The notes: generated by a model not told the origin, from the sequence alone. Shown: positions 20,551 to 29,299, counted from the stretch's first letter. The stretch is DNA of 34,296 nucleotides from Lawsonibacter sp. (GCA_034927465.1 JAYFPV010000205.1:1-34296); one strand, 5' to 3'. Made by a program: numbers and translations.

Positions 20551-21339
20551 TCAAACAATCTTTAATTCCAGAATTTTTGCGACGGCAAGCTTCCCAATGT
20601 CCGCCGGTTCGCCCTTGATCCGCTCGCCGCTCTGGCGAGGTGCCGGGGTGTAGCGCACCTGAATGACAGAGGGGGAACCTGCTTTCCCCACTTTGGCACA
20701 ATCAGCCCCAATGGCAGCGCAGTCCAGCACGGGGATTTCCATCCGGTTGGCCATTCTGGTGCGCTTCAGGGTGGGATAGCGGGGCTCGTTCAGCGATTTC
20801 TCACAGGTCAGCAGCGCGGGCAGCTTTGCCTGCACCACTTCCTCCCCCGCGGGACTGACCCGCTTGGCAGTAATGGCGTCGGCCGTCACTTCCTGAATCT
20901 TCTCCACATACGTAATCTGGGAAATATCCAGCTGCTCTGCAATGCCGGCCCCCACCTGGGCGGCATCGTCGTCGATGGCCTGCTTCCCGCAGAGGATCAA
21001 ATCAAATTCACCAACTGACCGAATGGCCTTGGCTAAGGCATAAGAAGTAGCCACCGGGTCAGAGTCCTCCATCGCGGGCTCATGCACCAGATAGGCGTGG
21101 GCGGCGCCCATGGACAGCCCAATTTTCAATGCAGTCTTGCATGACTCGTTGCCCATGGTCATCACGCTCACCTCGCCGCCGTGGGCCTCTGCCAACTGCA
21201 GTCCGGCTTCAATGGCGTTCAGGTCAAAGGGGCTGACCATCGGCTCTACGCCGTCGGTGATGACGCGGTTGGTGCCGGGATCCAGCTTTGGTACCACTGC
21301 GTTATCCGGCACTTGCTTGATGCATACCAATATGTTCAT
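20551..21339 (-). CDS. etfB: Electron transfer flavoprotein beta subunit
   Basis: MNILVCIKQVPD, SPFDLNAIE, DLILCGKQAID, NEPRYPT. Confidence 0.96.
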   Translation of the reverse strand: MNILVCIKQVPDNAVVPKLDPGTNRVITDGVEPMVSPFDLNAIEAGLQLAEAHGGEVSVMTMGNESCKTALKIGLSMGAAHAYLVHEPAMEDSDPVATSYALAKAIRSVGEFDLILCGKQAIDDDAAQVGAGIAEQLDISQITYVEKIQEVTADAITAKRVSPAGEEVVQAKLPALLTCEKSLNEPRYPTLKRTRMANRMEIPVLDCAAIGADCAKVGKAGSPSVIQVRYTPAPRQSGERIKGEPADIGKLAVAKILELKIV

Positions 21340-21478
21340 ACTCTATATCCTCCCGAATTGTGTACATCGGTTCTCCTGACTTTCAACGAGGTCCGGGAAC
21401 CAATATGGGCAAATCCTGTCATTTCAAGATTTGCCCATATCTCGTTTGAATCTGAAGCGCTTAATTGCAGCCGTTCAA

Positions 21479-22615
21479 TCAGCGAAGAATCTGTCCGGCA
21501 ATGACAATCTTCTGAATCTGAGATGTACCCTCAAACAGCTCCAGAATCCGCTGGTCGCGGTACAGCCGCTCGATGGGGTACTCCTTCATGTAGCCGTAGC
21601 CGCCGTGGATCTGCAGGGCGGTTGTGACAATCTTGTGGGACGCCTCAGCTGCGAACAGCTTGGCCATCGCGGCCTGCTTCGTAAACGGAACACCTTTTTC
21701 TTTTAGATCGGCAGCATAGTAGGTCAGCATACGAGCGGCCTCCAGCTGGGTTCCGATGTCGGCGATCATCCACTGAATGCCCTGGAACTTGGAGATGGTA
21801 CGGCCAAAGACCTCCCGCTCCTTGGCATACTTCACAGCCATGTCAAAGGCGGCCTGTGAGACGCCCACCGCCATGGCTGCGATGCCGATGCGGCCGCGGT
21901 CCACAACGTCCAAAGCCAGGCGATAGCCCTCATTGAGCTTGCCAACCATGTTTTCCTTGGGCACACGGCAGTCTTTAAAGACAATCTCGGCGGTACGAGC
22001 ACCGCGAATTCCCATTTTGTTGTCCTCAGAGGCAATCTCCATTCCAGGAGTGCCCTTCTCGACGATGAAGCAGGTCATGCCGTGTCTGGGGTCCGCCTTG
22101 TTGGTAATGGCAAAGCAGGCCAAGAAGTCGGCATGAGCGCCGCCGGTAATGAAGTGCTTCACCCCGTTGATGACGTAGCTGTCACCGTCTTCCACGGCGG
22201 TGGTTTTGTTGGAGGTCATGTCCGAGCCGCCGGCGGGTTCGGTCAGGCAGAAGGCAGCATACTTTTCGCCTTCCAGCGCGGGGCGCAACCACCGCTCCTT
22301 CTGCATGTCGTTACCCTTAAGATACAGCGCATCAAAGCCAAGATAATGGCCGGTGATGATGGAGCCGGTGGACGCACAGGCGGCGGAAATTTCCTCCATG
22401 GCGATGGCCTCGGAAATGCAGTCATATCCGGCACCGCCCAATTCCTCGGGATAAGCCAGACCCATCAGGTCCTGCTCGCCCAGAGCCTTGACTGTCTCGA
22501 TGGGAAAGCGATTATTGACGTCAATCTCCTCGGCCTTGGGGGCCAGATAGCTCTGCGCAAATTCACGCACGGTGCGGCGCAGGGCGATTTGATCTTCTGT
22601 GTAAGTAAAATCCAT
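21479..22615 (-). CDS. Acyl-CoA dehydrogenase family protein (divergent from butyryl-CoA dehydrogenase)
   Basis: [32 protein letters not shown], catalytic Glu in LFEGT. Confidence 0.93.
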   Translation of the reverse strand: MDFTYTEDQIALRRTVREFAQSYLAPKAEEIDVNNRFPIETVKALGEQDLMGLAYPEELGGAGYDCISEAIAMEEISAACASTGSIITGHYLGFDALYLKGNDMQKERWLRPALEGEKYAAFCLTEPAGGSDMTSNKTTAVEDGDSYVINGVKHFITGGAHADFLACFAITNKADPRHGMTCFIVEKGTPGMEIASEDNKMGIRGARTAEIVFKDCRVPKENMVGKLNEGYRLALDVVDRGRIGIAAMAVGVSQAAFDMAVKYAKEREVFGRTISKFQGIQWMIADIGTQLEAARMLTYYAADLKEKGVPFTKQAAMAKLFAAEASHKIVTTALQIHGGYGYMKEYPIERLYRDQRILELFEGTSQIQKIVIAGQILR

Positions 22616-22646
22616 GGTTGTATCCTCCTATGATTCGAATGTCATT

Positions 22647-23828
22647 TTAAAATAAATTCTCTTTCTCCCACTGAGAAATCTGTTCTTCCGAATAGCCAAA
22701 GACGCTGTGCAGGATTTCCTTGGTATCTCGGCCCAACACAGGTGCGGGGTGCCGGGGGTCCGCGGGCGTTTCGGACAATTTCATGGGGTTACCGGTGATC
22801 TTCACCTTACCCATGCCGGGCTGATCGATCTCCACCAGCATCTCACGCTTCAGGATGCTGGGATTCTCACACGCCTCGTCCACAGTACACAGCGGGCCGC
22901 AGGGGATGGCACGCTCCTGCATCATCTTCATGGCCTCGTCCACGGTGTAGTCGGCCAGGAACTTCTCCAGAATGGCCTTCAGCTCCACATCGTTTTCGGA
23001 ACGGTGGGGGTCGGAGTCCAACTTGGGGTTCTGAATCAGATCAGGCTGACCGATCATCTCACACAGCTTGGCAAAGTGTGAATCGCTGGCCACGGCGATA
23101 ATAACGTAGGCATCCTTGCAGCGATAGATATCGAAGGGTGCGCTCAGGGGATGGCGGGCGCCAACGCGGGTTGGATGGATACCCCCGATGGTGTGCCGGA
23201 CGATATTCGTCTCCACAAAGGCGAACACGCTGTCCAGCAGGGCCACATCAACATACTGCCCCTTGCCAGTCTTCTCTCTGTTGTACAGGGCCAGCAGAAT
23301 GCCGGTTACCGCATACAGACCGGCACTGATGTCACCCAAGGAGCTGCCCACCCGGGCGGGAGGCGTATTGGGGTAGCCGGTGATGCTCATCATGCCCGAC
23401 ATGCCCTGTGCCACGATATCGTAGGCCGCGAGGTCACGCATGGGGCTGTTCTGGCCAAAGCCGGAGATGGAGCAGTAAATAAGAGAAGGATTGATCTCTT
23501 TGAGCTTCTCATAAGAAAAACCCAGCTTCTCCATCACGCCTGGCTTGAAGTTTTCGACCACGATATCGCACGTCTTGACCATATCATAGATGATATCCTT
23601 GCCCTTCTTCAGGTCCAGGGCAATTCCTTTCTTGCCCCGGTTGACCAGCGTGTAGTAGCCGCTCTGGCCGTTGACAAAGGGGCCGAAAATCCGGCTTCCG
23701 TCGCCGACTCCGGGTTTCTCAATCTTAATGACTTCTGCGCCAAAGTCGGCCAGGTTCATGGTGCAAAACGGACCGGCCAAAATCTGCGTGAAATCCAACA
23801 CCCGAACCCCACTTAACGCTTTGTTCAT
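22647..23828 (-). CDS. Family III (CaiB/BaiF/Frc) CoA-transferase
   Basis: LSGVRVLDFTQILAGPF, GAEVIKIE, NRGKK, ENFKPG, SISGFG, AYDIVAQ (catalytic Asp); ATG 23828 after AGGAG. Confidence 0.95.
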   Translation of the reverse strand: MNKALSGVRVLDFTQILAGPFCTMNLADFGAEVIKIEKPGVGDGSRIFGPFVNGQSGYYTLVNRGKKGIALDLKKGKDIIYDMVKTCDIVVENFKPGVMEKLGFSYEKLKEINPSLIYCSISGFGQNSPMRDLAAYDIVAQGMSGMMSITGYPNTPPARVGSSLGDISAGLYAVTGILLALYNREKTGKGQYVDVALLDSVFAFVETNIVRHTIGGIHPTRVGARHPLSAPFDIYRCKDAYVIIAVASDSHFAKLCEMIGQPDLIQNPKLDSDPHRSENDVELKAILEKFLADYTVDEAMKMMQERAIPCGPLCTVDEACENPSILKREMLVEIDQPGMGKVKITGNPMKLSETPADPRHPAPVLGRDTKEILHSVFGYSEEQISQWEKENLF

Positions 23829-23914
23829 ATGTAACATCTCCTAAAACCTTGCACGTTGTTGTGCGCTTGCTTTTTCAGTTTCACTCTGCTCCGGCACGCA
23901 TGCAGTCTCTGCGA

Positions 23915-25333
23915 TTACATTGGATAGAAAATATGCGCGACCAGAGCAACGAGGGGAATTGCGATTGCAGTACGAATCAGGAAAATAATGACCAGCTCGC
24001 CAAACTTCAGACCCATATCCGCTTTCATCATCGCGTTGGCGCTCTCGGTGAAGAAGATGATCTGTACCGTGGACAGCACGATGACGAAGAAGATGCTCAT
24101 CGTGGAAATGCTCTGTCCGGCAATGGTCATAACAGGCAGCGCGATCTCGGCAATGCCAACCAGCGTGGCCGGGGCAATGGCGGCGGCATCCGGCATCTGT
24201 ACCAGATGCAAATAGGGAATCATCGGCATCCCGATCCAGTGGAAAACGGGGGTGTACAGGCACAGATACAGGGAAACCACAGCAATGGACTGAACGAAGG
24301 CCACGATCTTCAGTGCAAAGGAGAGCACGTCGGGGATCGAGGTCACAAACACGGAGTAAGGCGTGCGCTGCGCTCTGGTAGTGGCGGCGGCGACGGCCTT
24401 CTTGAAGATGCTCAGGCTGTACTTACCAGGCTTGGCCATCTCTGCCGTCTGTATCACACCGTTATGATATTGATTCTTTTTCCATGACAGGGGGGGAATC
24501 CGAATGACAATGGCAGCCAGAATAAAGACAATGATCAGCGAGCACAGCACCGCGTTGCCGTACATATACTCAGTTCCGGTGATGGACACCAGCAATGCAA
24601 AGAAGCCCAGGGAGCACACACTAAAGTTTGTGGAGATACAGCAGGCTTCCTTCTCGGTGTACACACAATCATTATACAGGCGGTTAGTGATAAACACGCC
24701 CACAGCGGGGGCCGCCACAAAGGAGGATAGCGCGTCCACGGCAGACTGGCCTGGGATCTTGAAGCACCGGCGCATAATAGGCTCCATTAGGGTGCCGATC
24801 AGCTCCAGCAGGCCGAACTCGGTCAGCAGGTTGACCAGCCATCCGGCAACGGTCACGGTCAACAGGCAGCTGCCGGCCAGGCTCATGGCGTCGGGGCCAA
24901 CGTCGGACTTCATCATCCAAGCAGGGCCGCACTCAAGCTTAACCAAAACAGCAAAGATTGCGGCGAAATAGTAGAGGATTCCGTCAAACCAGCCGTCTTT
25001 GGCATAGAACTTTGCAAGTGGCGTGTCCTTTTTGAGTTTGTTGAACGTAAAGGTCACTGCTAGTCCAACACAGGTGATGACGGTGAGCCAGTTCTTAAGC
25101 GGCCCGAGTGTCACCTTCAACCAGCTGATCAGGGTTACCATGGGGGTATTCCCATCGAATGCCGGAGCAAAGAATACCCAAACACCAAGCGCAGAGAAGA
25201 ACAGGAATTTGACCAGGTTTGGTAGCGTGATCGTACTGTAATCGATTGCAATACCGATCTTTTCAGACAGCTCTTTGTCTAGCTCCTCGGCCGACATCTC
25301 TTTTACTGGGGCCTCTGTGTTTTTTTCTTCCAT
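23915..25333 (-). CDS. YjiH-family (nucleoside-recognition GATE domain) membrane transporter
   Basis: About 472 aa, multi-TM; EFGLLELIGTLMEPIMR..FKIPGQSAVDALSSF...YTEKEA...TNFSV...RIPPLS, IFLIRT; ATG 25333 after GGAGGAGG. Confidence 0.8.
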   Translation of the reverse strand: MEEKNTEAPVKEMSAEELDKELSEKIGIAIDYSTITLPNLVKFLFFSALGVWVFFAPAFDGNTPMVTLISWLKVTLGPLKNWLTVITCVGLAVTFTFNKLKKDTPLAKFYAKDGWFDGILYYFAAIFAVLVKLECGPAWMMKSDVGPDAMSLAGSCLLTVTVAGWLVNLLTEFGLLELIGTLMEPIMRRCFKIPGQSAVDALSSFVAAPAVGVFITNRLYNDCVYTEKEACCISTNFSVCSLGFFALLVSITGTEYMYGNAVLCSLIIVFILAAIVIRIPPLSWKKNQYHNGVIQTAEMAKPGKYSLSIFKKAVAAATTRAQRTPYSVFVTSIPDVLSFALKIVAFVQSIAVVSLYLCLYTPVFHWIGMPMIPYLHLVQMPDAAAIAPATLVGIAEIALPVMTIAGQSISTMSIFFVIVLSTVQIIFFTESANAMMKADMGLKFGELVIIFLIRTAIAIPLVALVAHIFYPM

Positions 25334-25721
25334 GAACTTTCCTCCTCCCAAATATACGGCTGCGGTTGTGTTCCCTGCGCACGGGCGCAGGGCGGTTAGT
25401 TGCCCAAATTGACCGAAACTGAGCGCCCTTGTAAGGTGCTTCCTCAAAAATGGTCCGCCGCTCTTATGTGGTTATCGCCTTTTTGAATCTCCGCGGAGAT
25501 CAGGCCGCCGGCTCGATGGGTTGCCGGTTTCGCAGAGGAAGCACGCCCGCCTGGGTTCTTCCTCTGCGAAGAGGAAAAGGTACTGGGAATGTAAGATTCA
25601 TAAAAGGTACTCATACCTGCTTGAGGGGAGCCCCTTTCTCACTTTACCGAGAGAAAAGAGTGTGTCATTGCTGTTTCCCTGGACGCGACAGCGTCAATCC
25701 AACTTGTGCCCTACTTTTTCA

Positions 25722-25773
25722 GTATAGATCCCATATCGTCTTTGAAACGTCTAAAAATCGGCTTCATTTCGTC
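25722..25773 (-). promoter_or_regulatory. Activator-dependent promoter with four 11-nt-periodic GACG repeats
   Basis: Plus-strand CGTC at 25737, 25748, 25770 and CGGC at 25759; minus-strand TATACT at 25722-25727, 10 nt downstream of the proximal repeat. Confidence 0.75.
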
Positions 25774-25816
25774 ATATAAGAAAACAGGATCTGTTCTGCA
25801 CGAATATTTTTGTGAA

Positions 25817-26956
25817 TTATTTTAGCAGTGCGCGGGAGATAACCATACGCTGCACCTCGCTGGTGCCCTCGTAGATCTGGGTAATCTTGGCGTCGCGCAT
25901 CATGCGCTCCACGGGATACTCGCGGGTGTAGCCGTAGCCGCCCAGCAGCTGGACGCACTCGGTTGTCACATGCATCGCGGTCTCAGCGGCATAGAGCTTG
26001 GCGTGGGCGGACTCCACGGAATAGGGCAGGTGGTTGTCCTTGGCCCAGGCGGCGCGGTACACCAGCAGCTTAGCGGCTTCAATCTGGTTTGCCAGGTTTG
26101 CAATGACAAACTGGGTGTTTTGGAAAGCAGCCAGCGGCTTGCCAAATTGCTCACGCATCTTGACATAGGCCACGGCCTCATTCAGCGCGCCCTCGGCAAT
26201 GCCAAGCGCCTGCGCGGCAATGCCGATTCGGCCGCCGTCCAGGGTATGCATGGCCACCTTGAACCCGTCGCCCTCTTTCCCCAGCAGGTTTTCCTCCGGG
26301 ACAATGCAGTCCTCAAAGATCAGGCTGGCAGTGGCTGAGCCGCGGATGCCCATCTTCTTCTCGTGCTTGCCGATGGAGAAGCCCTTACAGTCGTCCTCCA
26401 CGATGAACGCAGAGATGCCGTGGTTGCCCTTCTCTTTGTCGGTCATGGCCATGACCACATAGATCCCAGCCTCGCCCGCGTTAGTGATAAAGCACTTTGA
26501 GCCGTTCAGAACGTAGTGGTCGCCTTTTTTTACTGCCGTGGTCTTCTGCCCAGAGGCATCAGTGCCCGCGTTTGGCTCCGTCAGTCCAAACGCTCCCAGG
26601 CATTCCCCGCTGGCCAGCCGGGTCAGGTACTTCTGCTTCTGCTCTTCGGTGCCCCAGTCAAAAATGGGGGCGGAGCCCAGGGAGGTATGGGCGGACAGCG
26701 TGACGCCTGTAGACGCGCAAACCTTGGAGAGCTCCTCAACGGCGATCACATAGGAGAGATAGTCCCCCTCTTCTCCGCCGTACTCCTCCGGAAACGGAAT
26801 CCCCAGCATTCCGTTTTCGGCCATTTTTTTCACGCTTTCCTTGGGAAATCTTTCGTTTTCATCAATCTCTTCTGCCAATGGCTTAATCTCTTTTTCCGCA
26901 AATTCGCGATACATTTTTTGGATCATCTTATATTCATCATTAAATCCGAATTCCAT
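25817..26956 (-). CDS. Acyl-CoA dehydrogenase, butyryl-CoA dehydrogenase-like
   Basis: [58 protein letters not shown]. Confidence 0.95.
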   Translation of the reverse strand: MEFGFNDEYKMIQKMYREFAEKEIKPLAEEIDENERFPKESVKKMAENGMLGIPFPEEYGGEEGDYLSYVIAVEELSKVCASTGVTLSAHTSLGSAPIFDWGTEEQKQKYLTRLASGECLGAFGLTEPNAGTDASGQKTTAVKKGDHYVLNGSKCFITNAGEAGIYVVMAMTDKEKGNHGISAFIVEDDCKGFSIGKHEKKMGIRGSATASLIFEDCIVPEENLLGKEGDGFKVAMHTLDGGRIGIAAQALGIAEGALNEAVAYVKMREQFGKPLAAFQNTQFVIANLANQIEAAKLLVYRAAWAKDNHLPYSVESAHAKLYAAETAMHVTTECVQLLGGYGYTREYPVERMMRDAKITQIYEGTSEVQRMVISRALLK

Positions 26957-27023
26957 TGCGCCGACCCTTTCTTTCTCTTAATTTTCTTGCCTGCATATGC
27001 CACTGCTTCACAGACGCTGACTG

Positions 27024-27110
27024 ATTATAGAAGCACCACCGTCTTTGAAACGTCCACACAGGCAAAATCTTTTAGAGAAACCGTCCAAACGAAGTCGTCT
27101 TTTTTACGTC
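27024..27110 (-). promoter_or_regulatory. Second activator-dependent promoter with GACG-N7-GACG pairs
   Basis: Same 15-mer CGTCTTTGAAACGTC at 27040-27054; minus-strand TATAAT at 27024-27029, 10 nt away; upstream pair CGTCTTTTTTACGTC at 27096-27110. Confidence 0.75.
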
Positions 27111-27217
27111 TAATCTATCAGAAAGAACAAGTTCCGGCTTTTTATGCGGGAATATTTTCCTGGTTGGCGCTCCTTCTGTTTGCTGTCCCGATTCAAAAAG
27201 TATTGGCTTTGCCAAAC

Positions 27218-27373
27218 AAAAAAACACCTGCCCTCCAAAAGGAGACAGGTGTTTCGCTTGTCAAAAAAAGCCTCTCAGCATGCGCGTGGCAAGCCGCAGC
27301 CGACTCGAAAAGTGCTTTCAGCCGAATTTCGAGTGTCCAAACACCTGCCTCCCCCAAAGGGAGACAGATGTTT
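27218..27373. repeat. Duplicated terminator-like hairpin
   Basis: AAACACCTGCCCTCCAAAAGGAGACAGGTGTTT (27222-27254) and AAACACCTGCCTCCCCCAAAGGGAGACAGATGTTT (27339-27373); the first has a minus-strand U-tract. Confidence 0.7.
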
Positions 27374-27446
27374 AGACTTTGTCTTGTTCCTTGCCGATTC
27401 CCAACCATTAATTCAGGCCAAAAGGAGCCCTTGCCGGAGCTGGCAC

Positions 27447-27929
27447 TCACACCTTCTGGGGCAAAGAGTCATCCTCGCGGATCCAATCCTCTACACGAAC
27501 CACGGAGTAGTCTGTTTCCGTGTTGCGAATGACCACCCGGTCAATTCCGGCGTTAATAATCAGTCGGCGGCACATGGAGCAGGAGGTGGCATCGTGGAGC
27601 AGTTCGCCGCTTTTTGCTTCCCGGCCGGCCAAGTAAAGGGTGGATCCCAGGGCGTCTCGCCGGGCAGCTGAAATAATAGCGTTCATCTCCGCATGGACTG
27701 AACGGCACAGTTCATACCGTTCTCCCGAGGGAACATTCATAGCCTCTCGTGTGCAATAACCCAAATCCATGCAATTTTTTCGTCCGCGAGGCGCACCATT
27801 ATAACCGGTAGATACAAATTCATCATTCTTGACAAGAATGGCACCGTAGCACCGACGCAAGCAGGTGGACCGCTCCAGCACGGTTTCGGCAATATCCAGG
27901 TAATAATTTTCTTTGTCGATGCGCTTCAT
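27447..27929 (-). CDS. Deoxycytidylate (dCMP) deaminase family protein
   Basis: RSTCLRR, STGYNGAP, HAEMNAI, SCSMC zinc-deaminase motifs. Confidence 0.92.
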   Translation of the reverse strand: MKRIDKENYYLDIAETVLERSTCLRRCYGAILVKNDEFVSTGYNGAPRGRKNCMDLGYCTREAMNVPSGERYELCRSVHAEMNAIISAARRDALGSTLYLAGREAKSGELLHDATSCSMCRRLIINAGIDRVVIRNTETDYSVVRVEDWIREDDSLPQKV

Positions 27930-28133
27930 GGGGCTTGCCCTCCCTATTGATTCAGATTATATCGGAATGGAGACAGTATAGCTTATTTTTGCTTCCTTCG
28001 CAACCCAAACTTGCGGCCATGCTCTTTTGAAGCTTTTTTGAAACATTTTCCCATTTTTGTCCAAAATTTCCATTTCTCTGAAACCAAACGGCGTTGTCCA
28101 CCGCGAATTTACATTTTGTTTACGAATGGCTCC

Positions 28134-28162
28134 TTGACGTGTTCACCTGGACGCGCTATCAT
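28134..28162 (+). promoter_or_regulatory. Sigma-A promoter
   Basis: TTGACG-17 nt-TATCAT. Confidence 0.6.
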
Positions 28163-28221
28163 TATTCTAGTGATTCGGCAGGCGGTTTCGCCTGCTGTCC
28201 TTCTCTAAGGAGGCACCCTCT

Positions 28222-28617
28222 ATGATCCGCAATACCATTCAGCGGTTTATGTATGGCCGCTACGGAAATGATCAATTGAATTTCTTCTTGGTTGGGCTGT
28301 ATCTGGTTCTCTACCTGTTGTATGTGTTTACCAGGTTTCAAGTCTTGTATTTGTTATGCCTGGTTTTGGTGTTTCTTTCTCTGTTCCGTTTGCTCTCCCG
28401 TAATTTGCCGCGCCGACGGGAAGAAAATATGAAATTTATGAAGACGGCCGGCCCCGTGATTCAGTGGGTCCGCTTCCGGCACACCAGCCGCCGTGACAAG
28501 GAGCATCGCTATTTTAAGTGCCCAAATTGTGGCCAGCAGCTTCGGGTTCCCCGGGGCAAAGGAAAAATCACCGTCACTTGCCGCAGTTGCGGCGCTACTT
28601 TCGAGGAAAAGAGCTAA
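28222..28617 (+). CDS. Small membrane protein with C-terminal zinc ribbon
   Basis: FMYGRYGNDQLN, two TM helices, CPNC...LRVPRGKGKITVTCRSC; RBS AAGGAGG. Confidence 0.85.
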   Translation: MIRNTIQRFMYGRYGNDQLNFFLVGLYLVLYLLYVFTRFQVLYLLCLVLVFLSLFRLLSRNLPRRREENMKFMKTAGPVIQWVRFRHTSRRDKEHRYFKCPNCGQQLRVPRGKGKITVTCRSCGATFEEKS

Positions 28618-28621
28618 CGCT

Positions 28622-28660
28622 TCACGGCCCGTCAGCATCAGCGGCGGGCCGTGATTTTTT
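28622..28660 (+). terminator. Intrinsic terminator
   Basis: TCACGGCCCG/CGGGCCGTGA stem followed by T6. Confidence 0.8.
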
Positions 28661-28741
28661 GTGGAAATATCGTTTGCTTGAAACATTTCCCCCTCTTTTT
28701 CGTCTATATCAAGAGAACATGCTTTGTTTGGGGGAGTTGCC

Positions 28742-29125
28742 ATGAAGCTTACAGCTAGGCGTCTGCTTATTTCCATCCTCGTTTTCATCAGTCTCAGCAT
28801 AGCCGCTATATCCTGGTGGGCGGTTACCGAGAATACCATTTTCACTGGAAGCTATCTTCGGGCAAACAACGGCACCCATATTATCATTGACCGTCAAAGT
28901 AGTCCGGTCGTCATGCGTAACCGGTTTGCTTCTGATGCGATGTTCGATGGGTTGGAAGACGGCGACCGCGTGCTGGTTGTGTGCGACGGCATCAACGAAT
29001 CCTATCCGGCCCAGTCCAATGTCTATTTTTGCTTCCGTCTGGGCAAGGGCGAAGCGGCCGATTTGCCTGCCGATACGCTACACCAGTTGGCGGAGCTCGG
29101 CTGGCTTTCTCTCTCTTCCCTTTAA
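28742..29125 (+). CDS. Hypothetical membrane-anchored/exported protein
   Basis: RBS GGGGAG; N-terminal hydrophobic helix; beta-rich domain with LEDGDRVLV..DGINESYPAQ reminiscent of YobA/DUF3221-like proteins (inference). Confidence 0.7.
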   Translation: MKLTARRLLISILVFISLSIAAISWWAVTENTIFTGSYLRANNGTHIIIDRQSSPVVMRNRFASDAMFDGLEDGDRVLVVCDGINESYPAQSNVYFCFRLGKGEAADLPADTLHQLAELGWLSLSSL

Positions 29126-29299
29126 CTTGAAATCAGCCGCTTTTTCTCTTTCTTTCGAAAGGGCAATGCGGCTTTTTTCTCCCTATTTTCCTATTCTGCC
29201 CTTTCTTTTTCCCGGTTTTGTGTTATACTTATGGTGTTTTGTAGTAGGCATTGTGCCCAAATATTCCCCTAATGATCACAAATGAGAGGAGTTTCTCCC

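Noticed and set aside
25544-25556. GCCCGCCTGGG resembling a ZTP riboswitch 3' stem
   Set aside because: Wrong strand relative to downstream genes and no 5' aptamer domain; no ZTP riboswitch was seen before fhs either.
19530-26956. Reading the module as the standard butyrate (bcd-etf) operon
   Set aside because: No thl, hbd or crt; it includes a family III CoA-transferase, a transporter and a dedicated activator.
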